Shown here in pieces: positions 55,385 through 64,000 of a stretch of DNA of 64,000 nt (position 1 is the first letter of the stretch; each line of letters starts with the position of its first letter). The stretch comes from a virus. Where the stretch lies: IMG/VR virus record IMGVR_UViG_3300005537_000022, positions 34,383 to 98,382 of that record, one strand, 5' to 3'. Below the pieces are notes generated by a model. It saw only the letters and a list, made by a program, of their open reading frames with translations. It ran no database searches and was not told the DNA's origin. Both the position numbers and the translations under genes were made by a program.

Positions 55385-55688
55385 CGCCCAGGTGCTCGAA
55401 CGCCCCGCCGAGACGGCCACGGGGGTCCCGAAGTGCCAGGCGATGATCCCGGTCTTCCTCGACCCGGATGACGCCGTGCCGCTCCTGATGCAGTGCCCCG
55501 AGGACGCCGAGGGGCTGTTCGAGGGCTGGTGCGCCTGCGGGCACGTCCGGCGCGCATGGCTGTGCGCGCCGCACGCGGAGCTGCTCGGCGAGACGGGCTG
55601 CCGGGCCTGCGCCGAAGACGAGGCGTACCCGCACGACTGCCCGCTGACAGCGGCCCCCGTCACGGGACGGGGGGACGGCCGTGGCTGA
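55377..55688 (+). CDS. Cys-rich hypothetical protein
   Basis: Coupled early gene. Confidence 0.55.
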   Translation: MADAQVLERPAETATGVPKCQAMIPVFLDPDDAVPLLMQCPEDAEGLFEGWCACGHVRRAWLCAPHAELLGETGCRACAEDEAYPHDCPLTAAPVTGRGDGRG

Positions 55689-56004
55689 CATGCCGTCCAG
55701 GACGCGCCTTGAGGCCGGCACCGACCAGGAGCTCGCCGCGGCCAGGGAACTGCGGGCCGGGCTGGCAGCTATGCGCGGCGACGGCGACTACCTGCTCGGC
55801 CTCGGGGACGGCCTCGCAGGGCTCCTGCGGGAGCAGTTTCCCGCCGCGCCGGCGCTCGGCCGCATCACGCTGGCCGTCGCCGGGTCGATCGCGGCGATGC
55901 GGGAATCCTGGAAGGCCAAGGGCATGCCGCTCACCGAGCGGGAAGTGGGCGCGGCAGTGCGCCTGGCTGCGGAGCGGCTCGAGCGGGAGGCCGGCCGTGG
56001 CTGA
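55681..56004 (+). CDS. Hypothetical protein
   Basis: Coupled early gene. Confidence 0.55.
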   Translation: MADMPSRTRLEAGTDQELAAARELRAGLAAMRGDGDYLLGLGDGLAGLLREQFPAAPALGRITLAVAGSIAAMRESWKAKGMPLTEREVGAAVRLAAERLEREAGRG

Positions 56005-56965
56005 GATGAGCGCCTTCATGTGCGGCGGCATGCTCCCCGCAGTCGAGCTTCCCGATGCCGGGGAGGGTGCCTGCTGCATGGGGGCGGTGATGGGCGGCCC
56101 GCAGCACTGCACCTGCTGGGAGCCCGTTTTCGACTTGGAGCAGCGCCAGCCGCAGACCGGGCCGATGGGGCTGCGCGCCGTCCGCTGCCATGACTGCGCA
56201 TATCTCAGGGACTCCCCGGAGCGGCGGGGCGAGAACGGCTACCAGGGCGATGCCGAGTCCCTTGAGCAGATGGCGCGCGACGGGTCTCCGTTCGCCTGCC
56301 ATCAGGGCATGCGCAAGCCGGTGAAGTACGTCCACCCGTCGGGTGCCGAGATCCCCGGCCATCCCGCCGCCTACGACCCGCCGGTGACCGGCGGCGTGCC
56401 GTACAAGGCCGACGGGTCGCCGGGCGACCTGTGCGCCGGATGGGCCGCGCGCCGCCTGCACTACATGACGCGGGAAGCCCCGGGGCCTTCCGCGTCCGCT
56501 GGACTCCCGGCCGGGGAAGACCACCCCAAGTCCCCTTCCCCGGCCGGGCCTGCACTTCCCGCGCCCTTTCCATCCCCCCAGGGCGCGGGAACCGGATCCG
56601 CCGCTGTCCCGCCCCCCGTGGGCACGGCGGACCACGGCGGAACGGTGAAGCGTCCCGTCCGCCACGCCCCGGGCGGGGCAACAGGCCCCCGCCCCCCTCG
56701 CCCGGGGCACCCACTCTCCCCGCCCCTGGTCGGCGGCGGGGAACCGGGGCCGTCCCCCGTAGCGCCCGGAGGCGGCCCCGGCACAAGCCCGGCGGGGGCG
56801 GGGCGTGATGCGGACCGCCCTGCTCCCGCCGGTTCCACCGGACAGGACGCCCGCGACGCGTGGAAACGGGAGATCGCGAAGCAGAACGCGGACAAGCGGC
56901 GCAGGCGCGGGAAAAGGCAGGAGCCCGGATACCGGCCGGGCATGACCAGGAGGCAGCCCGGATGA
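55997..56965 (+). CDS. Cys-rich protein; low-complexity C-terminal half overlaps a hairpin array
   Basis: CTCW, C.DCAY, FACHQG, CAGW motifs. Confidence 0.6.
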   Translation: MAEMSAFMCGGMLPAVELPDAGEGACCMGAVMGGPQHCTCWEPVFDLEQRQPQTGPMGLRAVRCHDCAYLRDSPERRGENGYQGDAESLEQMARDGSPFACHQGMRKPVKYVHPSGAEIPGHPAAYDPPVTGGVPYKADGSPGDLCAGWAARRLHYMTREAPGPSASAGLPAGEDHPKSPSPAGPALPAPFPSPQGAGTGSAAVPPPVGTADHGGTVKRPVRHAPGGATGPRPPRPGHPLSPPLVGGGEPGPSPVAPGGGPGTSPAGAGRDADRPAPAGSTGQDARDAWKREIAKQNADKRRRRGKRQEPGYRPGMTRRQPG

Positions 56966-57227
56966 GCATCCTGGTGCCCGCGCCGCTTCCCCCGCTGCCG
57001 CCCGTCGAGCGCGTGAACAGCGCCCTGTTCGTGCCCGGCTGGGAGCGTGCCGAGCGGGACCGGCTCGACGCCGGGCGCTGCCCGGAGCCGGGGTGCGGTG
57101 AGCTTCCGCCGAACCACCGTGCCGGCTGCGCCCGCGTCCGCCTGCCCGACCCTGGCGCGAAGCGGTGCCGGTCGTGCGGATACGTCAGGGCCTCGCTCGG
57201 ATGCCGGCTGACATGCGGGAGCACGTC

Positions 57228-57527
57228 GTGAACGGGCCGCTGGTCCGGATCGCCATGACCGGGGATCGCCACGGCTACGTGATCGCGGTCATGCCGGCGC
57301 CGGACAGGTACGGCAACGGCGAGCGCCTCGTCACAGGCGACGTCCGCAGGATCAGCGCCGACGGGGAGCCGGAGGCGTGGAAGGCGTGGCTGTGGCCCGT
57401 CGCGGGCGGTGCCGGGCGGCACGGCCAGTCCTGCGAGGCGGTCGAGAGCCCTAACCAGGTGCGGCTGCTGGAAAGGCTCCAGCAGCGGGCGGACAAGGAG
57501 TCCTGGTGGGAACGCGGCGAGTCGTGA
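57228..57527 (+). CDS. Hypothetical protein
   Basis: Coupled early gene. Confidence 0.5.
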   Translation: MNGPLVRIAMTGDRHGYVIAVMPAPDRYGNGERLVTGDVRRISADGEPEAWKAWLWPVAGGAGRHGQSCEAVESPNQVRLLERLQQRADKESWWERGES

Positions 57528-57833
57528 AGCCCCGGCTCTCTCCCGCCGCGACCGCCGTCCTGAAGGCGTCCCGCCGCCTCCGTGACCGCCGGGCCCGGAG
57601 ATTCATGCCGCCGGGCGGCTGGCAGCCGGTCGACGTTCCCGCGTTCGGCCGCGAGATGGCGGCGATGGACGCCTGGGCGCGGGGGGTTCCGTGGTTAAGA
57701 CCGTGACCCGCGCCCGCTGCATGCGCTGCGGCTGGAGCGCCGAAGGCGACCCGGAGAAGACCGACAAGGCGGCTGAGAAGCACACCGCCGTCGACCATCC
57801 CACGGCGACCGTGACGGAGCCGGAGGCGGTCAC

Positions 57834-58055
57834 GTGACCAACTCCGACATCCGCGCGTTCCTGGCCGGATGCGACCCCCGCGCGGCCCGCACGGGCTGCG
57901 GGATCACCCAGGCGGTGATCGCCGCCGCGGTCGGCTGCACGCGGAGGACGGTGGGGCATTGGGAGCGCCGGGTGAGTACCCCGTCGGGAGCCCTCGGTGC
58001 CCGCTACTGCCGGATCATCGCGGGGTTTCAGCGGCACCTGGCGGTGACCTGGTGA
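57834..58055 (+). CDS. XRE HTH protein
   Basis: GITQAVIAAAVGCTRRTVGHWERRVSTP. Confidence 0.75.
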   Translation: MTNSDIRAFLAGCDPRAARTGCGITQAVIAAAVGCTRRTVGHWERRVSTPSGALGARYCRIIAGFQRHLAVTW

Positions 58056-58382
58056 GCCTGTTCTGGCGGTTCGCGCTCGCGGGAGGCTTGTGGATGCTCC
58101 CCGGTGCCGCCCTGTACCTGGCCTGCGCCGCGTGGGCCCTGGTGCCGGTGGCCCTGTCGCGGATCGGGCGGTTCGCGCGGAGCCTGGACACCGCGGTGAA
58201 GCCCGACGATCCCCACCCGTACGCGGCCGAGGTCTCGTGGCCGGGGTCGTGCTGGTGCGGGCGCGGCAAGGAGCACCCGAAGCACCTCAAGGCCGGCGGG
58301 GCGATGACGGCGCTGAAGGAGGACCGGCGTTGACCCGGCTCCTGGAGGAGACTCCCCGGCTGCGGAGGCGGCGGTGACCGGG

Positions 58383-58640
58383 TCAGGGCTCGCGGCGCTT
58401 GGCCTGCGATCTGAGGTACCGCTGCGTGGGCTCGATCTCGCCGCGCCTGATGCGCTCGTCCTCGATGTGACGGCGGATCGTCTCGCGGGTCAGGCCGGTC
58501 GCGGCGACGAGGTCGCGCTGCCGCCTGCCCGCCTTGTCGGCCGCGTACAGCGCGGCGGCGAGGCGCGCGATGCGCTTCGGCTGGCCCTGCACGTCGGCGA
58601 GGGCTTCGGCGAGTTCGGTCATGGCCTGCTCCGGGTCCAC
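58383..58640 (-). CDS. Small HTH repressor
   Basis: QRDLVAATGLTRETIRR; start approximate. Confidence 0.7.
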   Translation of the reverse strand: MDPEQAMTELAEALADVQGQPKRIARLAAALYAADKAGRRQRDLVAATGLTRETIRRHIEDERIRRGEIEPTQRYLRSQAKRREP

Positions 58641-58649
58641 TGGGTCATG

Positions 58650-58742
58650 TTGCCACACGGATGTGGCCAACTCCAGCCTAGCAGTACGGCCAATCGATGT
58701 GGCCTTGTTGACCATGCCTATCTGATGTGGCATCTTTAGTGT
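58650..58742. promoter_or_regulatory. Divergent promoter with three GATGTGGC boxes
   Basis: GATGTGGC three times; first forms a GCCACA..TGTGGC palindrome; TTGACC -35-like hexamer. Confidence 0.6.
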
Positions 58743-58785
58743 TGCACGGCCGGATGGGCCGTGCCGGTATGCGGGGAGGGCGGCA

Positions 58786-59361
58786 TTGGGAACCAGAGGG
58801 TTCATGACCTTCGTCATCGACGGCGGCGAGAAGACCGCCTACCGGCACTCGGACGCCTACCCCGGCGCCTTCGGGCTGGACGTCCTGCGCTGGCTGCGGG
58901 AGGCGTCACGGGACGCCGGCACGCTGGCCGTGCGGGCGCGCGCCCTCCGCGTCGCATCCCCGGATTCCGCCCCTGCGCCCGCCGACGTCGAGCGCCTGCG
59001 GCGCTTCGCGGACGGCGGGAGCCGGGCGTACTCCGACTGGTACTGGCTCCTGCGCCGCACCCAGGACAACCCGGGCCTCATGCTGGACGCCGGCGTCATC
59101 GAGGACGCCGGCGGGTTCCCCTGCGAGCCGCTGGCCCGGTGGGGCTACGTCGCCGACATCGACGCCCGGCGGTTCGAGGTCTACCAGGGCGGCCAGAGAG
59201 AACCCCACCGCCGGGGCCGCTTCGCCGGGCGGCGGATCGCACCCGAACCGGGGCGCACCGCCTTCTGGCCGGCCGCGCTCGCCGCCTCGTGGCCGTTCGG
59301 CGCGCTCCCCTCCGACGATGAATTCACGGCGGCCTGCCGGGAGACGGAGAGTGCCGGGTGA
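58786..59361 (+). CDS. Conserved phage hypothetical protein (MGTRG...Y.HSD.YP type)
   Basis: GGAGG RBS, TTG start. Confidence 0.7.
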   Translation: MGTRGFMTFVIDGGEKTAYRHSDAYPGAFGLDVLRWLREASRDAGTLAVRARALRVASPDSAPAPADVERLRRFADGGSRAYSDWYWLLRRTQDNPGLMLDAGVIEDAGGFPCEPLARWGYVADIDARRFEVYQGGQREPHRRGRFAGRRIAPEPGRTAFWPAALAASWPFGALPSDDEFTAACRETESAG

Positions 59362-59687
59362 AAGAGGTCATCTACCTCGCCGTCAGCCGCTCGAAGGTTG
59401 AGCGCATGACGAAGAACCTGCCCGACCTCAGGCGCGGCGAGATCCCCGTGAAGCTGGAGATCACCGTCGATGACAGCGCGTTCCGCGAGCCCGTCATCAC
59501 CAGGCAGGTCCACATCGCCGACTGGCGCGAGGGAACCGATATCGCCGACGTCGAGCTGAAGGAAGCCGTCATCACCGAGGAAGAGGCGGCGCTGATCCGC
59601 GCTCGCCGTCTCGCCAGGATGCAGGAAATCCTCATCGCCCACGGGTGGGAAGTCTTCGCGCCGGAAGACGAGGACGGCGATGAGTGA
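59358..59687 (+). CDS. Hypothetical protein
   Basis: Coupled; strongly coding codon usage. Confidence 0.7.
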   Translation: MKEVIYLAVSRSKVERMTKNLPDLRRGEIPVKLEITVDDSAFREPVITRQVHIADWREGTDIADVELKEAVITEEEAALIRARRLARMQEILIAHGWEVFAPEDEDGDE

Positions 59688-59955
59688 GCAGATGGCCGTC
59701 ACCGAGGACGGAACGCTCAAGCCCGTCAGCGAGTTCACCGCTGCCGAGAAGTGGTGGTGCGACGGCGAGGAGTGCGACGGCTGGCCGCTGACCGTACCGC
59801 ACGTCCACACCTACGGAGACCGCCCCACCCGCGCCGTTGACCTGCTCACCGGCAAGGAGCTTGAGCTGTGCCCCGGCGGCTGCGGCTGCCAGCTCGGCAC
59901 CGACGACGCGGACCGCCGCGAGTGCGGCTGCGACGGGGGCTGCTGCGATGGCTAG
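59680..59955 (+). CDS. Cys-rich small protein
   Basis: CPGGCGC...ECGCDGGCC. Confidence 0.6.
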   Translation: MSEQMAVTEDGTLKPVSEFTAAEKWWCDGEECDGWPLTVPHVHTYGDRPTRAVDLLTGKELELCPGGCGCQLGTDDADRRECGCDGGCCDG

Positions 59956-60205
59956 CTGCAAGTCGTGCTTCATCAAGATCGACTGGGCCACGGTCGACGG
60001 CAAGACGGTCCCCCTCGACCACGCCAGCGCGGGCAGCCCCGAGGGCAACATCGCCGTTCGCCGCATGCCCGGCGGCACCCTCAAAGGCCGGTACCTCAAG
60101 CGCGGCGAGCAGCCCGAGCCGGGCGAGGTGCGCGGCATCAGCCACTACGCGACCTGCCCCCAGGCGGCCGAGTGGCGCGAGCGGAAGACGGCGGGCCGTG
60201 GCTGA
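59948..60205 (+). CDS. Zn-binding phage protein
   Basis: C.SC...I.W..T..GK..PLD...SHYATCPQA. Confidence 0.7.
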   Translation: MASCKSCFIKIDWATVDGKTVPLDHASAGSPEGNIAVRRMPGGTLKGRYLKRGEQPEPGEVRGISHYATCPQAAEWRERKTAGRG

Positions 60206-60493
60206 CGTGAGCAGGCTCCTCGCGGCGATGGCGGACGCGCTCGGCCGACTGCTCGGCCTGCACGGCCCGCTCGCCGTGCCCCGCCTGGTCCTGGCCGCCG
60301 CCCCCGTGCCCCGCGCCACGGCGGCACAGGTCCCGCACGTCCCGCGACTGCCGGGCCACTGGACTCCGATGACAGGAGGTGAGCCGTAGCGATGGAGTTC
60401 CGCTCCGCCTTTCCCTTAAGCCGTTTCTGCCGCCTGGAGATGACCCGCGTTGCCTGCTTCCCGTCGTCCCGCGTCCCGGAGGTCCTTACCGCC

Positions 60494-61459
60494 GTGGCGA
60501 TCCGCTTCACTGACCAGTTCCCCTCGCTCCGCGAGGTAGATGGCCTTTCGGACACTGCGTTCCGCCTCCACGTGACAGCGTTCTTCTGGTGCTCGGTCAA
60601 CCGCACTGACGGTCTGATACGCGCCGAGGACCTCGATCTCGTGTGCGCGCGGGTGCGAGCTTCGGAACGCTTCGCTGCCGAGTGCGTGCGGCGGGGAGCC
60701 TGGCATGACGCCCGCCACGACTGCGGCTCGCCGCACTGCCTCGGGCCGGTCGACGAGGACGGATGGGTCGTCCACGACTACCTGAAGGACAACCCCAGCA
60801 GGGCCGAGCTGGAAGCGGAAGAGGCCGGGAAGTCGGGCGGCGGCAAGCTCGGCAACCACCGCCGGTGGCACGAGCAGCGGGGCATCGCGGTCCCCGGGTG
60901 CCAGTGGTGCAAGGCCGCCGGGAGCGGAAAAACCGCAGGTCACAGGCCCCCCGTGAAACGGACATCGGATAACCGATCGCATACCGATCGGATAAGCGAT
61001 TCGGATCCGATTCCTATAGATAGATCTGATCTTGATCTTGACTTTAATCCTGGTCCGGCTGCTGAAAATCATCGGTCAAAGTCAAAATCCGCGCGCGACG
61101 ACATCGCCCCGGCGATCGTCGCCGACGTCGTCGCCGCACTGTCGGAGAAAGCGGGCCGGATCGTCTCCGACGATGACGCCCGCCACGCCATCAGCGTCAT
61201 CGCCAAACGCGCCGGGGCGGCCGGGACGGTCATCCACGACCCGCCGAGGTACTACCCGGCCGCCGTCCGGAACGAGGCGGACGCGGACGGCCTGATGCCC
61301 CAGCCGCCGCCGCTCGCCGAGATCCTCGCCGAGCCGTGGCAGCCCGTCCCCGGCTCGCACACGTTCGAGCTCAACGAGGCAACCGGCGCCTGCGCGCACT
61401 GCGACATGCCCAGTCCGCATGTCTCGCACAAGACCCAGGAAGCGAGGAGGACCGCATGA
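60494..61459 (+). CDS. Phage replication initiator (RepA-like)
   Basis: GGAGGT RBS; RF.DQFP...GLSD.AFRLH..W...TDG, GWVVHDYL..NPSR, GNHRRWH...C.WC; AT-rich linker. Confidence 0.75.
   Translation: MAIRFTDQFPSLREVDGLSDTAFRLHVTAFFWCSVNRTDGLIRAEDLDLVCARVRASERFAAECVRRGAWHDARHDCGSPHCLGPVDEDGWVVHDYLKDNPSRAELEAEEAGKSGGGKLGNHRRWHEQRGIAVPGCQWCKAAGSGKTAGHRPPVKRTSDNRSHTDRISDSDPIPIDRSDLDLDFNPGPAAENHRSKSKSARDDIAPAIVADVVAALSEKAGRIVSDDDARHAISVIAKRAGAAGTVIHDPPRYYPAAVRNEADADGLMPQPPPLAEILAEPWQPVPGSHTFELNEATGACAHCDMPSPHVSHKTQEARRTA
60960..61090. other. Candidate lytic replication origin
   Basis: Repeated ATCGG/CCGAT units followed by an AT-rich GATCTT-repeat tract inside rep. Confidence 0.6.
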
Positions 61460-61779
61460 CCGACAGGCCGAGACCCGGCATCGGCGGCTGCCCCCACTGC
61501 GGCGTCCGCGTGCTGTTCGCGCTCGCCGTGACCGGCGACCTGGTCGCGCTCGACGAGGGCCAGGACGGGCCGGTCGCCGTCCGCTGGGACTGCACGAGGA
61601 CGCCCCGCGTCCGGCGTGTGCCCCCGGCGTACCGGCCTGGCGACGGGGAGCACAGGTTCCGGCTCCACAACGACGCGTGCATCGGGCTCGCCCCCGTGGT
61701 GTCGATCGGCCGCGCCCCGTCGCTCCGCCGCCGCCCAGCCCGTTCCGCACCTGCGAGGAGGGAAGCCCGTGCCCGCTGA
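61456..61779 (+). CDS. Zn-binding phage protein (similar layout to 59948..60205)
   Basis: CPHC..V.FA...TG..V.LD...H...C. Confidence 0.6.
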   Translation: MTDRPRPGIGGCPHCGVRVLFALAVTGDLVALDEGQDGPVAVRWDCTRTPRVRRVPPAYRPGDGEHRFRLHNDACIGLAPVVSIGRAPSLRRRPARSAPARREARAR

Positions 61780-62626
61780 CGCCCGCAAGGCCGCCGGGCA
61801 GCTCAAGCCGCCGTTCAGCTATTTCGGCGGGAAGACGCGCATCGCCGGCGGGATCGCCGCGCTGCTGCCGGCGCACGAGCACTACGTGGAGCCGTTCGCC
61901 GGCTCGCTGGCCGTCCTGCTCGCCAAGCCCCGGTCGCCGCACGAAACCGTGTCCGATGTCAACCGGGACATCATGGCGTTCTGGCGGGTCCTGCGCGACC
62001 GTCCGGCTGAGCTTGAGCGGGCCTGCGCGCTGACCCCGCACTCGCGCGGAGAGTACCTGGCGGCAGCCGGGCCGGCTGAGGACGACGTCGAGCAGGCGCG
62101 CAGGACGTGGGTCCGGCTGACGCAGGGACGTTCCGGGCAGCTCCACCACCTGACCGGCTGGAGGCACTACCAGGACCCGCAGAACTCTTTCTCGATGGCC
62201 GCCTACCTGGCGACGTACGCGGGCCGCCTCGCCCCGGCCGCGGCGAGGCTCGCCGGGGTGTCGCTGGAGTGCCTGCCCGCGCTGGAAGTCATCGCCCGCT
62301 ACGGACGCCACGACGGGGTGCTGCTGTACTGCGACCCGCCCTACCTTGACGAAACGCGTTCAACAGCCGGGAGCGACTCCTACCCGGACGAGATGCGAGG
62401 CGACGCAGATCACCGCGGACTGGCCGCCGCGCTCGCCGGGTGCCGCGCCGCCGTCGTCCTCTCAGGCTACGACTCGGACCTTTACGCCGGGCTTTACGAC
62501 GGCTGGCACAGGGCCAGGATGGGCGGCTACGCCGGCAACGGGACAAGCACGCGCGCCGAGGTGCTGTGGTCGAACCGGCCGTTCCCCCGGCAGGAGACGC
62601 TGTTCGACGGGCTGGAGGCGTCGTGA
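61769..62626 (+). CDS. DNA adenine methyltransferase (Dam/D12 class)
   Basis: YFGGK, YVEPFAGS, YCDPPY, EVLWSN. Confidence 0.93.
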   Translation: MPADARKAAGQLKPPFSYFGGKTRIAGGIAALLPAHEHYVEPFAGSLAVLLAKPRSPHETVSDVNRDIMAFWRVLRDRPAELERACALTPHSRGEYLAAAGPAEDDVEQARRTWVRLTQGRSGQLHHLTGWRHYQDPQNSFSMAAYLATYAGRLAPAAARLAGVSLECLPALEVIARYGRHDGVLLYCDPPYLDETRSTAGSDSYPDEMRGDADHRGLAAALAGCRAAVVLSGYDSDLYAGLYDGWHRARMGGYAGNGTSTRAEVLWSNRPFPRQETLFDGLEAS

Positions 62627-62976
62627 CGTCGGCAGCGGACCGTGAGGAAGAGTTCGAGGCTTTCCTGTGGCGGCGGGTCGCCCCCGCGTTCGGCGACCGG
62701 GCGGAGGGTGCGGCTGTCGTCGCGGAGGCCATGGCGTCAGCCGGGGCGTGGGCGAAGGCCAGCCGCCGCGTGGGGCCGGGAGCGCCCGCCGCCCCGAAGA
62801 AACCCCCGGCCGTGCACTACGCCGGGACGCGTCCCGGGACTGCTGCCTGCCGGCCGGGTGACCGGGCGGATCTGAACGGCTGGGCGCTGACCGGCGACCC
62901 GGAGGCGGTTACCTGCGGGCACTGCCGGAAGACAACCGGGCTGGCCGCCCGTGAAACGGCAGGAGCAACCGAATGA
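62623..62976 (+). CDS. Hypothetical protein
   Basis: Coupled; VTCGHC. Confidence 0.55.
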   Translation: MTSAADREEEFEAFLWRRVAPAFGDRAEGAAVVAEAMASAGAWAKASRRVGPGAPAAPKKPPAVHYAGTRPGTAACRPGDRADLNGWALTGDPEAVTCGHCRKTTGLAARETAGATE

Positions 62977-63326
62977 GCGACTACGAGGCCGTGAAGAAAG
63001 CCCTCGCCGCCGGCGCCGATCCGGCGATGCTGTGCACGACGTGCCCGTGGGACCGCAACTGCCTGACGCCGCCCTCGATGACCGCGATGGACATCGACGA
63101 GCAGATCCAGCAGGCGGCCCTGAAGGACCGGCAGCCTGGCGGACCCCCCCCGCCCGAGGGGGAGGGCCGGTTTCCCGTGGCCACGATGATGGCGGCGCTC
63201 GTCTACGCCGGGAAGGACACGGCCATCCAGGGCTGCCCGGTCGCCGTCGTGCGGCTGCGCTCCGGCGACGGCCGGAAGATCGCCGAGATGGTCAAGGCGC
63301 TGATGCAGTCATGGGAGAAGTCTTGA
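62973..63326 (+). CDS. Hypothetical protein
   Basis: AGGAG RBS; CTTCPW..C. Confidence 0.65.
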   Translation: MSDYEAVKKALAAGADPAMLCTTCPWDRNCLTPPSMTAMDIDEQIQQAALKDRQPGGPPPPEGEGRFPVATMMAALVYAGKDTAIQGCPVAVVRLRSGDGRKIAEMVKALMQSWEKS

Positions 63327-63385
63327 CCGCCCGCCGCCGGGCCGGCAGCGGTCATCGCGTCCCCGGTGCCGGGCGGTGAGCCGTC

Positions 63386-63613
63386 GTGAACGTCTACGTT
63401 CCCGGTGCCGAGTGGCCGTCCCGCTGCCTCGGGTCGCCCGGCGGCATCCGCGTCTGGGAGTCGATGGAACGCGACCCGCAGGCCCCGGCGTGGCGCACGG
63501 TCACCGACTGGTGCGCCGTGCTGCGCCGGGAACGGGAGCGGAGGCCGCTGCGCAGGATCGGGCCCGGCGAGATCTACCGCGCCTGCCCGGAACTCGCGGG
63601 GAGGCTGTTCTGA
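63386..63613 (+). CDS. Hypothetical protein
   Basis: Co-oriented ORF. Confidence 0.4.
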   Translation: MNVYVPGAEWPSRCLGSPGGIRVWESMERDPQAPAWRTVTDWCAVLRRERERRPLRRIGPGEIYRACPELAGRLF

Positions 63614-64000
63614 CCGCCCCCGAGCCCTCGGATGCCGCCGAGCTTGACCGCCGCCGGTGGCGTGCCCTGTTCGACTGGGCGTGCGCTCACGCGGCGGAAC
63701 GCGGGGACTGGGACGAGAACGGCCTGCTGTGCGTCATGCAGGTCTGCCGTCAGGCGGGCGTCCCCTACGCCGTCCTCGCCCCGGTCCTGTGGCGGCTCGC
63801 CTGGTCCGGGGAGGACCCGGCGGGATTCGCGGAACTGCGGGAGCTGGCCCGCCGCGAACGGTTCTCCGGGCGCGGCCTGACCAGCGAGGAACGCGAAGAA
63901 CTGCGGGCGAGCGTGCTCGCGGACTGCGCGGCGGCAACCGAGAAATGGAAGCGCCCGGCAAGCTCCCTCCCCGGCATCAGGGCCGGGGAGGGCTCATCCC

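Noticed and set aside
60392-60493. TTA in the N-terminal extension of rep as another bypass site
   Set aside because: No frame break, and the likely start is the GTG at 60494, downstream of the TTA.
1-64000. tRNA/rRNA genes and lysis cassette
   Set aside because: No cloverleaf/T-loop pattern or endolysin/holin recognised by eye; lysis genes probably lie beyond the left edge. tRNAscan-SE would settle the tRNA question.

Overview
High-GC actinomycete temperate phage region (siphovirus-like; host probably a filamentous actinomycete, not identifiable further) in three blocks. (1) 1-29.5 kb, minus strand: virion operon with TerS, TerL, portal carrying a NUDIX domain, MuF, XkdF-type protease, scaffold, major capsid, head-tail proteins, major tail, tail chaperones, tape measure, minor tails and a beta-helix tailspike running off the left edge. 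Small plus-strand genes with their own candidate leaderless promoters interrupt it. (2) 29.5-49 kb: where an integrase would normally sit there is an actinomycete plasmid/AICE-type transfer and replication block. It holds TraB (FtsK-like) with a clt-like repeat array, SpdB-like and TraA-like genes, mIHF, two WhiB, a divergent GntR (Kor-like) repressor, an iteron-containing Rep, and several autoregulated accessory cassettes. (3) 49-64 kb, plus strand: repressor/Cro switch, RecE/RecT, a BldC-like gene, a second Rep with an AT-rich origin and a DNA adenine methylase. Three recoding signals are visible in virion genes: a TTA-initiated 10-nt coding gap (candidate translational bypass) in the head-tail adaptor, a CCCAAAA -1 frameshift joining portal-NUDIX to MuF, and a probable +1 frameshift in the tail chaperone. 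No integrase, lysin, tRNA or CRISPR array was recognised. All calls were made by eye from motifs and synteny; no database search was run.
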